NCBI GenBank assembly: GCA_037441285.1
Contig: JBBISL010000021.1
Span: forward strand, 1 to 14,419
DNA length: 14,419 nucleotides
Reading direction: 5' to 3'
Source: a candidate division WOR-3 bacterium
Lineage (GTDB): Bacteria > Hydrothermota > Tepidihabitantia > Tepidihabitantales > Tepidihabitantaceae
The notes under the pieces are model-generated. The model did no database searches and had not been told where the DNA came from. It saw only the letters and a program-made list of their open reading frames with translations. A program made the position numbers and the translations under genes. Below are positions 1-6,789 of this stretch, in pieces (position 1 is the stretch's first letter; each line of letters opens with the position of its first letter).

Positions 1-2
1 AC

Positions 3-311
3 CCGGATGACGATTTCAAGCCCTCACCCGGGTTAATCACCGACCTGGTTTTCCCGGGCGGTCTTGGTGTCAGGGTGGACAGTTATCTCTATCCGGGTTA
101 TCAGGTGCCGCCGTTTTATGACCCGCTGGTTGCCAAAATCGTCGTCTGGGGACGCACTCGGGAGGAAGCGGTGCGACGGATGGAGCGGGCGCTGGCGGAG
201 ACCACAATCGGCGGGATTGCAACGACGATTGAATTTCACCGGCGGCTTTTGTCAAGTCCCCAGTTTCGCAAGGGTAATCTGACAACAACATTGCTGGACG
301 ATGTCTGGTAG
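3..311 (+). CDS. accC: Biotin carboxylase (acetyl-CoA carboxylase BC subunit), C-terminal part, 5'-truncated by the window
   Basis: Frame is open from position 3: PDDDFKPSPGLITDLVFPGGLGVRVDSYLYPGYQVPPFYDPLVAKIVVWGRTREEAVRRMERAL...GIATTIEFH. This matches the biotin carboxylase C-domain pattern (FxPSPG, PGGxGVRVDS, PPxYDxxxAK). Stop TAG at 309-311. Confidence 0.92.
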   Translation, partial: PDDDFKPSPGLITDLVFPGGLGVRVDSYLYPGYQVPPFYDPLVAKIVVWGRTREEAVRRMERALAETTIGGIATTIEFHRRLLSSPQFRKGNLTTTLLDDVW

Positions 312-405
312 GTGAGTTGTGCCGGACCACCGCCGGCTAAAATTATAATATCGGGAAGGTTAATTACAGCGCTATGTAAGAAGTGTTAGTTGGTGAAGAT
401 GGTTC

Positions 406-433
406 TTGACCATAATTTGGGGTTTTCTATAAT
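406..433 (+). promoter_or_regulatory. sigma70-type promoter of the valS operon
   Basis: TTGACC (406-411), 16-nt spacer, TATAAT (428-433); ATG follows 8 nt later at 442. Confidence 0.7.
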
Positions 434-441
434 AAGGAATA

Positions 442-3060
442 ATGTCGGAAGATAGTCTTTCCAATTTTCCACCCCGTTATGACCCAAAGCCGGTTGAGGA
501 GAAGTGGTACCGGTTCTGGGAGGAGAACGGGTTCTTTACCGCCAATCCCGATTCACCCAAGCCCAAGTTTTCGATTGTGATTCCACCGCCCAATGTGACC
601 GGTTCTTTGCATATGGGTCACGCCCTGGACAACACTCTGCCCGATATCCTGATTCGGCGGAAAAAGATGCAGGGTTTTGAAACGCTCTGGCTGCCGGGTA
701 CCGACCATGCGGGCATCGGTACTCAGGTAAAGGTTGAGCAGATGCTGGCAAAGGAGGGCAAGAGCCGGTTTGACCTGGGACGAGAGGAGTTTCTGCGCCG
801 CGCCTGGGAGTGGAAGGAAAAGTACGGCAATGAGATTGTAAAGCAGTTGCGACGCCTGGGGTGCGGTCTGGACTGGAGCCGATTTCGGTTTACCCTTGAC
901 GAGGTTTGTGCCCGGGCGGTGCGCGAGGCTTTTGTCCGTTATTATGAAAGAGGGTTAATCTATCGTGGTTTGCGGATTGTGAACTGGTGTCCGCGCTGCC
1001 GGACCGCGCTCTCAGACTTAGAGGTGAAGTATCAGGAGGAAAAGAGCCAGTTGTGGTATATCCGTTATCCGTTTGCCGATGGCAGGGACGGTGTGGTGGT
1101 TGCCACGACCCGACCGGAGACGATGCTCGGTGATACTGCGGTTGCGGTTAATCCGGAAGATGGGCGCTACCAGGCGGTGGTGGGCAAGATGTTACGGCTG
1201 CCTTTAACCGAGCGACTGATTCCGATTATCGCGGATGAGGCGGTGGAGATGGATTTTGGTACCGGGGCGGTGAAGGTGACACCGGCGCACGACCCGGTTG
1301 ACTTTGAAATCGGGGAACGGCACCACCTAAAACGGCTCAAGGTGATTGATGATGACGGTAGGATGACCGCGCTGGTGCCGGCGAAGTATCAGGGGATGAG
1401 TCGTGAGGAGTGTCGGCGCGCGGTGGTGGATGATTTGAAGGCGCAGGGGCTTCTCGAGAAGATTGAGGATTATGAGCATTCGGTTGGGACCTGTGACCGA
1501 TGCGGGACCGCAATTGAGCCACTGGCGAGTGAACAGTGGTTTGTCAAAATGAAGCCGCTTGCTGAGCCGGCAATCAGGGTGGTGGAAGAAGGAAAGGTCC
1601 GTTTTTATCCGGAGCGGTGGAATAAGGTTTATCTTGACTGGATGCGTAATGTTAAGGACTGGTGCATCTCCCGGCAGTTGTGGTGGGGACACCGGATTCC
1701 GGTCTGGTACTGCGAATGCGGGAAGGTTATCGTTGCCCGGCAGGACCCGGTTGAATGTCCAGCCTGTCACGGTAATAGTTTGCGCCAGGATGAGGATGTC
1801 CTTGACACCTGGTTTTCTTCAGCCCTCTGGCCCTTTGCAACGATGGGCTGGCCCGAGGAGACGGTTGATTATCGGAGTTTCTTTCCTACCGACTTTTTGA
1901 CCACCGACCCGGACATCATCTTTCGCTGGGAGGCGCGGATGATTTTTTCCAGTCTCGAGTTTACGGGCCGAATACCTTTTGTTGATGTTTATATTCACTC
2001 GACCGTTTTAGACAAAAACGGTGCCCGGATGAGCCGTTCCAAGGGGGTAGGTGTTGACCCGCTGGAGATTATTGAGCATTACGGCACCGATGCCTGCCGT
2101 TTTACCATTGCCTATCTCGAGAGCCAGTCCCAGAGTTACCGGTTGTGGAATGAGCGGTTTGAACTGGGCAGGAATTTTGCCAATAAGGTGTGGAATGCGT
2201 GCCGATTAGTAGCGCCGCATATTACCGGCAGCAGCCGCGACTTCCCGGACCCGAACGCACTGACGGCGCTGGACCACTGGATAGTGATGCGGTTTAACGA
2301 AACAGTGGAGCGGGTGGATAAAGGCATCGACAGTTACACATTTTCCACCGTTGCCCAGGCGCTTTACGACTTTTTCTGGCATGACCTGTGTGACTGGTAT
2401 CTGGAGTTTGCCAAACGCCGTTTGAAGTCCGGAGAGGAAACGGTTAAGGCGGTTCTTTACCACCTCTTTCGCGGGTCGTTACAGCTTTTGCACCCGATTA
2501 TGCCTTTCATTACCGAGGAGTTGTGGCATAGACTGGAGATGGGTGGCAGGTCAATTCTTGAATCTTCCTGGCCCAGGCCACTGCCGGCAAAATTGGACAA
2601 GGTCAGGCTGGTGGAACGGATGCGGGATGTGATTGGTGGTATCCGGCAGGTGCGGGCGGAAATGCGGGTGCCGGCAAAGAGTACCGTGGAGTGTATTGTG
2701 AATACCGGTGATGGGGAGCTGGCAAAATTTTTCAAGGAGCAGGAGTTGTTAATCCGGGAACTGGCAAAGGTGAGTGCGGTGAACATCGGTGCGGTGCGGC
2801 CCAGCGGTTCGGCGGTGGTTGTATTTTCAGACTGCGAAGTTTATTTGCCACTGGCAGGAGTGATTGATGTTGAGAAAGAACTGGAGCGGTTAAGGCGCGA
2901 GGTTGAGGAGCTCAAAAGATTAATCGATGAGATTGACCGGCGGCTCAGCAATCCCGATTTCCTGGAGCGGGCAAAGAATGAGGTTATTGAAAGGGAGCAG
3001 ATGCGCCGGCAGGAGTTTGCCGCGCGACGGGAACGGCTGAAGAAATTGCTTGAGGCGTAA
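442..3060 (+). CDS. valS: Valine--tRNA ligase (872 aa)
   Basis: PPPNVTGSLHMGH (HIGH motif), LWLPGTDHAGI, editing-domain TTRPETMLGDTAVAV and GTGAVKVTPAHD, DWCISRQLWWGHRIP, QDEDVLDTWFSS, KMSKS equivalent RMSRS, and a C-terminal coiled-coil tRNA-binding arm. Confidence 0.98.
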   Translation: MSEDSLSNFPPRYDPKPVEEKWYRFWEENGFFTANPDSPKPKFSIVIPPPNVTGSLHMGHALDNTLPDILIRRKKMQGFETLWLPGTDHAGIGTQVKVEQMLAKEGKSRFDLGREEFLRRAWEWKEKYGNEIVKQLRRLGCGLDWSRFRFTLDEVCARAVREAFVRYYERGLIYRGLRIVNWCPRCRTALSDLEVKYQEEKSQLWYIRYPFADGRDGVVVATTRPETMLGDTAVAVNPEDGRYQAVVGKMLRLPLTERLIPIIADEAVEMDFGTGAVKVTPAHDPVDFEIGERHHLKRLKVIDDDGRMTALVPAKYQGMSREECRRAVVDDLKAQGLLEKIEDYEHSVGTCDRCGTAIEPLASEQWFVKMKPLAEPAIRVVEEGKVRFYPERWNKVYLDWMRNVKDWCISRQLWWGHRIPVWYCECGKVIVARQDPVECPACHGNSLRQDEDVLDTWFSSALWPFATMGWPEETVDYRSFFPTDFLTTDPDIIFRWEARMIFSSLEFTGRIPFVDVYIHSTVLDKNGARMSRSKGVGVDPLEIIEHYGTDACRFTIAYLESQSQSYRLWNERFELGRNFANKVWNACRLVAPHITGSSRDFPDPNALTALDHWIVMRFNETVERVDKGIDSYTFSTVAQALYDFFWHDLCDWYLEFAKRRLKSGEETVKAVLYHLFRGSLQLLHPIMPFITEELWHRLEMGGRSILESSWPRPLPAKLDKVRLVERMRDVIGGIRQVRAEMRVPAKSTVECIVNTGDGELAKFFKEQELLIRELAKVSAVNIGAVRPSGSAVVVFSDCEVYLPLAGVIDVEKELERLRREVEELKRLIDEIDRRLSNPDFLERAKNEVIEREQMRRQEFAARRERLKKLLEA

Positions 3061-3064
3061 TGAA

Positions 3065-3622
3065 ATGAAGGGGTTATTTTCCAGTCTGGGCTGGATTATG
3101 TTTCTGGCGCTGGCGGTTTTGGTTTTACTTTTTTACAATACAAGTTATCTGCCCAGGCAAGAGCGAATTGTGCGGTTGCAACAGGAAATCAGTATGTGGA
3201 CGCAGCAGGTAACCGAACTTACCGACAGCCTGCAACGCCTGAATAGCGCCCGCGATACCACTCTTAACCGAACTTACCGGTTTGATGAGCTGTTTGTTAG
3301 CGAGGAAAGCCTGGTTTTGTCGGTTCAGGGTAAGTTGCTGTTGCGCGAGGTTGCGCCCCAGTTGAAGGCGCTGAATGTTAAGTTCGATGTCATCGGGCAC
3401 ACCGATGGTGCCAAGCCGCCAATTAATTCGCCTTATCGGACAAACTGGGAATACTCCGCTGCTGCTGCCGCCGCAGTTGCCAATGAACTGGTGAACCTCG
3501 GGGTTCCAGCCAGTCTAATTATGGTCTGCGGAGCGGGCGATTCCCGCCCGCTGGTGAAAAAGGGTTCAGCCGATGTTAGGTTGTTAAATCGTCGGGTGGA
3601 GATTGCGGTCCGAAGCCAATGA
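3065..3622 (+). CDS. OmpA/MotB-like C-terminal-domain protein with an N-terminal TM anchor and coiled coil
   Basis: ATG at 3065 just after the valS stop (preferred over TTG 3050). Hydrophobic segment WIMFLALAVLVLLFY, then a heptad-like region, then VIGHTD..P....YRTNWEYS...V...GAGDSRP...NRRVEI, typical of the OmpA_C-like/MotB domain. Confidence 0.85.
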   Translation: MKGLFSSLGWIMFLALAVLVLLFYNTSYLPRQERIVRLQQEISMWTQQVTELTDSLQRLNSARDTTLNRTYRFDELFVSEESLVLSVQGKLLLREVAPQLKALNVKFDVIGHTDGAKPPINSPYRTNWEYSAAAAAAVANELVNLGVPASLIMVCGAGDSRPLVKKGSADVRLLNRRVEIAVRSQ

Positions 3623-4056
3623 CCGCGGTGATTGCGCTGATTTTGCTTGTCGGGTCACCCGATTCGGTTCTGTCTCCAGGTGCTGATTCCATTGTGCGAA
3701 CAGTTCCGGCAAAGTCACCAGGTAGAGCGGTGCTTTACTCTTTTCTGATTCCAGGAGGTGGTCAGATTTACACCCGCAATTACTGGAAGGCGGCGCTAAT
3801 CGCTCCGGCAGAGATAGTGCTCGGTTATCTTTCTTATTCGGAGCATATGAAGGCAAGAGATGCCTTTGCCCGGCAGGATACCGTTGCCTATCTCAAGTAC
3901 CGGGACCAGAGGAACACCTTTCTCTGGTGGACCGGCGCGGTTGTCGCATTTTCAATGGCAGACGCTTATGTCTCGGCGCAGATGTTTGGTTTTGACCAGG
4001 AGATGCGATTGAGCGCGGGCTGGGGGCGTTTAGGTATTCAACTGGCATTGTGGTGA
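3619..4056 (+). CDS. DUF5683-like membrane protein with a signal-peptide-like N-terminus
   Basis: KSPGRAVLYSFLIPGGGQIYTRNYWKA and ...SMADAYVSAQMFGFD resemble the DUF5683 pattern (KSPxxAxxxSxxxPGxGQxY...DAYVxAxLxxFD). ATGA overlap with the upstream gene. Confidence 0.7.
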   Translation: MTAVIALILLVGSPDSVLSPGADSIVRTVPAKSPGRAVLYSFLIPGGGQIYTRNYWKAALIAPAEIVLGYLSYSEHMKARDAFARQDTVAYLKYRDQRNTFLWWTGAVVAFSMADAYVSAQMFGFDQEMRLSAGWGRLGIQLALW

Positions 4057-4748
4057 TGGGTAATTTATTAGCCGCAGCAGGCAGGTTTGACACAAACTGG
4101 CTGGTTTCAACAGCGTTGAGTAGTTCAGGTTTAACAGATGGCGCAAATGTCCCAGGTACCGCATGGGGTATCGCTTACTGCCACGGCAACCGGCTGGAGT
4201 CGCTGCGTGTGCACCGGGCTCGAGAGATGGCTAATGAGTTTACCCGTCTTGCCGAGATAAAAACCGATATGTTAGGGTTTTATCTCCACGAGCATAGTGA
4301 GTTGCCGAGTCCGCGTCTTGTCCAGCCTTTTTTTCGTCGGGAGGCAGGGTTAAACTGGGCATTCTGCCATATGGGCACGATAAGGCATCCAGAACGATTG
4401 ATACATTCGGCACGGGCGCCTGATGGACCGGACCCGAGCGAACTTTTCTTTATGTACACCCTTGACCACTTCAAGGCTGACCAGCCCATGGAGTCGATGC
4501 AGTCGATGTTAGCGCAACTGAATGACGAACCAGAACTTTCGTGCGTGATGATATCCCCGGATATGATGATTGTCGCACATTGGGTAAAAGAGGGCGAAGG
4601 GCACAGTTTCAAGTTGTGGCAGGGGAAAGGTGAGCTTGTACGGATATTTACCTCTTTGCCGCCTTTTGAAGTTCCGGGTGTAGAGTGGAATGAGGTGGCA
4701 ACTCATTCAGTTACGGTAATTTTCAGGGAGCGACGGGCGATTGGTTAG
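4056..4748 (+). CDS. Class II glutamine amidotransferase (Ntn hydrolase, YafJ/EgtC-like) fold protein lacking the catalytic residues
   Basis: TGATG overlap places the ATG at 4056 (MGNLLAAAG). Motifs AWGIAY, QPF, WAFCHMGTI and GPDPSELFF appear in the same order as the family's DGWGIAxY, NxHPF, WxFxHNGxI and GxTDSExxF. Confidence 0.7.
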   Translation: MGNLLAAAGRFDTNWLVSTALSSSGLTDGANVPGTAWGIAYCHGNRLESLRVHRAREMANEFTRLAEIKTDMLGFYLHEHSELPSPRLVQPFFRREAGLNWAFCHMGTIRHPERLIHSARAPDGPDPSELFFMYTLDHFKADQPMESMQSMLAQLNDEPELSCVMISPDMMIVAHWVKEGEGHSFKLWQGKGELVRIFTSLPPFEVPGVEWNEVATHSVTVIFRERRAIG

Positions 4749-4753
4749 CGATT

Positions 4754-4805
4754 AAAAGAGAAAACCCTCAGGCTGCCGGGGGAGATTCTGCCTGAGGGTT
4801 TCTCT
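4754..4805 (-). terminator. Intrinsic terminator-like hairpin, possibly bidirectional
   Basis: Perfect 12-bp inverted repeat AAACCCTCAGGC (4762-4773) / GCCTGAGGGTTT (4790-4801) with a 16-nt loop. On the minus strand the stem ends in TTTTCTCTTTT. It lies between the convergent valS operon and pilT. Confidence 0.75.
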
Positions 4806-4840
4806 CCACCCCCTGCCTAACTGCGCCCCTCAATTGTTCC
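4754..4840 (-). ncRNA. Candidate small RNA (~87 nt)
   Basis: GC- and purine-rich island in an AT-rich spacer, bounded by a sigma54-like -24/-12 element (4852-4867) and the terminator above. No known family recognised. Confidence 0.35.
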
Positions 4841-4851
4841 GGTTATAAATA

Positions 4852-4867
4852 TACATCTTTTGTGCCG
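4852..4867 (-). promoter_or_regulatory. Putative sigma54 (-24/-12) promoter
   Basis: Minus strand reads CGGCACAAAAGATGTA versus consensus TGGCAC-N5-TTGCA. The GG-N10-G spacing is correct, but -12 is GT instead of GC. Confidence 0.35.
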
Positions 4868-5018
4868 GTGCTATTTATGAGTATTCAGCGGTTTATTAAT
4901 ATTGAAATGCGACGGTTAAAGAACTGATGGTAAAAGTTGAGTTTTAGATGGCAACCGCGACAGCACTAAACTCTTGCTAAGGGCAATGGTTAATTAATTG
5001 GAAAATAGTGAAGTTGTA

Positions 5019-6128
5019 TTACTGGTGGCGGCGGGTTTTGGTCCCAAACTCCACCAGTTCTCTGAACCCCTTGGGGTCAAATGCTGAAGAGATGGCGGTT
5101 TCATAGGTAACTTTGCCCGCCCGGTAAAGCTCAGCCAGATAGGCGTCAAAGGAGATGCTGCCTTCGGCACTACTGGTTTGAATAGCTGAGGGCAAATGTT
5201 CAATTTTTCGCTCCCGGATAAGGTTGCGGACCGCCGGGGTCGCCATCATCACCTCGTAACAGCCGATTCGACCTTTACCTTCGGCACGGAGGAGCAGACG
5301 CTGAGAGAAGATGGCGAGGAGCGATATTGAGAACTGGATACGAATCTGGTCGCGGATTTCAGGTGGGAAGATATCAATGAACCGGGTGACAGTTTCTGGA
5401 GCATTGGTGGTGTGCAGGGTGCCGATGACAAGGTGGCCCGATTCCGCCGCCCAGATAGTCGCTTCGGCGGTAGCGAGGTCGCGGATTTCAGCGACAAGAA
5501 TCACATTGGGGTTAGAACGCAACCCCTTCATAATTGCTTCCCGGAAACTGGAAACATCTACCCCAACTTCCCGTTGAGTGATAATCCCTTTCTTGTGGTC
5601 GTGGACGAATTCAATCGGGTCTTCGATTGTTAGAACATGGCGCGGGCTTTCAAGGATGTAATCAACAAATGTCGCCTGAGTGGTGGTTTTACCCATTCCG
5701 GTTGGACCGGTTACAAGAATTAAGCCGTGGAGGCGGTCAAGCAGTGATTTGATACGGGGTATCAGTTGAGTCGGGACGAACAGTTCTTCAAAAGAGAGGA
5801 TGCGGCGGGGGATGAGACGAAGGGCGAGACCAAAATATCCCTTCTGCTTGTAAACCGCAACCCGGAACCGAGCCATATTCTTAAAGTTAAGAGCAAAGTC
5901 ACCACCACCACCGTTGTCAATCTGGGCGCGCAGATGGCGCAGGTCCTTGGTGGCGATGTTCTTAAAGCTTTCGGTTTTTTCCGGGGTCAGGACCGGATAC
6001 CCTTCAAATGACTGAAGAAACCCATCGATACGGAATGTCGGAGGACGCCCCACCGTCAGATGGAGGTCGGATGCGTTCCGCCGGATGCACTCCGCGAGGA
6101 GTGTCTCAAAGAATTCTTCGTCCGACAT
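5019..6128 (-). CDS. pilT: PilT/PilU-family type IV pilus retraction ATPase (369 aa)
   Basis: ASDLHL..G.PP..RIDG, RFRV, Walker A GPTGMGKT, Asp box TIEDPIE, QREVG, Walker B region NPNVILVAEIRD, His box AESGHLVIGTLHT, and the PilT signature AVRNLIRE. Confidence 0.93.
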   Translation of the reverse strand: MSDEEFFETLLAECIRRNASDLHLTVGRPPTFRIDGFLQSFEGYPVLTPEKTESFKNIATKDLRHLRAQIDNGGGGDFALNFKNMARFRVAVYKQKGYFGLALRLIPRRILSFEELFVPTQLIPRIKSLLDRLHGLILVTGPTGMGKTTTQATFVDYILESPRHVLTIEDPIEFVHDHKKGIITQREVGVDVSSFREAIMKGLRSNPNVILVAEIRDLATAEATIWAAESGHLVIGTLHTTNAPETVTRFIDIFPPEIRDQIRIQFSISLLAIFSQRLLLRAEGKGRIGCYEVMMATPAVRNLIRERKIEHLPSAIQTSSAEGSISFDAYLAELYRAGKVTYETAISSAFDPKGFRELVEFGTKTRRHQ

Positions 6129-6138
6129 CGCTACTGCT

Positions 6139-6166
6139 ATTATACCCTCCTTAACCCATCTGTCAA
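6139..6166 (-). promoter_or_regulatory. sigma70-type promoter of pilT
   Basis: Minus strand TTGACA (6166-6161), 16 nt, TATAAT (6144-6139); both hexamers are perfect consensus. ATG is 10 nt downstream. Confidence 0.75.
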
Positions 6167-6312
6167 GCAGATGTCGCGTGCCAATGTTATATACCTTTTT
6201 CCTTCAATTTAACCCTGATGTTCGGACGGTCCAGAGTTGTTTTTTTTCTCTTGTCGTCCGTACATGCGAAGAGGACTATTGCAACATAATAATATTCATT
6301 GTGTTTTAGTTC

Positions 6313-6341
6313 TTGACAGGAAGGGATGATGGTTTTATATT
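6313..6341 (+). promoter_or_regulatory. sigma70-type promoter of tRNA-Gly
   Basis: TTGACA (6313-6318), 17 nt, TATATT (6336-6341); 11 nt upstream of the mature tRNA 5' end. Confidence 0.7.
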
Positions 6342-6352
6342 AAAGGAGGATT

Positions 6353-6423
6353 GCGGCCATAGCTCAGGGGTAGAGCCCCGGCTTCCCAAGCCGGTTACAC
6401 GGGTTCGATTCCCGTTGGCCGCT
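6353..6423 (+). tRNA. tRNA-Gly (anticodon CCC); CCA not encoded
   Basis: Full cloverleaf: acceptor GCGGCCA/TGGCCGC, D stem GCTC/GAGC, anticodon stem CCGGC/GCCGG with loop TT-CCC-AA, 4-nt variable loop, T stem ACGGG/CCCGT with loop TTCGATT, and discriminator T73 as expected for bacterial tRNA-Gly. Confidence 0.97.
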
Positions 6424-6479
6424 TTGTTTCTTAAAACAGGGTTAATGGTAATGGCAGAGTTGAAAGCGAGGTGGAGAAA

Positions 6480-6785
6480 ATGGCGCGTATTACTAGTATG
6501 CTTCTGGCGCTGATGCTGGTTGGTTGCGGGAGCAAAGACCCGCTTGCCAGTGTTAAAAAGGGGTATCCAGGGGCAAATGAGTACCTTGTCTGGAAGAATT
6601 ATGTGCTGATTCGTTATCCTTATGATAGTACCGCAGGAGCGCAACGGGCGTTGATATTACAGAAAGTGGGCAACAACTGGACCCATCTTGCCCAGAGCGA
6701 ACAGGGGTTCAACAGCCTGCGCGAGGTTGTTACCTATATTCCCGAGATGGATGAGTCCGGAGTAGCAGCATTTAAGTTGAGGTAG
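6480..6785 (+). CDS. Hypothetical lipoprotein (~101 aa)
   Basis: ATG at 6480 after an SD-like GAGGTGGAG. MARITSMLLALMLVG|C is a type II signal peptide with lipobox LVGC. Confidence 0.8.
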   Translation: MARITSMLLALMLVGCGSKDPLASVKKGYPGANEYLVWKNYVLIRYPYDSTAGAQRALILQKVGNNWTHLAQSEQGFNSLREVVTYIPEMDESGVAAFKLR

Positions 6786-6789
6786 GGTT

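Noticed and set aside
312..441. T-box riboswitch or attenuator upstream of valS
   Set aside because: The spacer is only 130 nt, has no T-box consensus, and the promoter boxes lie immediately before the ATG. The GCCGG..CCGGC inverted repeat (321-337) is only 5 bp with no U-tract.
3458..3475. GCT/GCC trinucleotide run as a phase-variable or tandem repeat
   Set aside because: Mixed Ala codons, in frame and short. The helix length matches the family register, so this is substitution rather than expansion.
4830..4856. Minus-strand mini-ORF MYIYNRNN as a leader peptide
   Set aside because: Only 8 codons, no RBS, and no downstream same-strand gene to attenuate; expected by chance.
4940..5000. Possible c-di-GMP-I or other riboswitch near pilT (GCGGTTGCC on the minus strand; small TTGC/GCAA hairpin)
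   Set aside because: The GGCAAA..GAAA..GACGCAAAG core is absent, and the region is 3' of pilT rather than in a leader.
6167..6183. TGGCACG...TGC upstream of pilT as a sigma54 promoter
   Set aside because: The GG-to-GC distance is 12 nt rather than the required 10, and a perfect sigma70 promoter is adjacent.
6313..6513. 66-aa ORF across the tRNA, and the AAGGAGGA word at 6343-6350
   Set aside because: The ORF starts inside the -35 box and spans the tRNA. The SD-like word has no properly spaced start codon and falls in the tRNA 5' leader.
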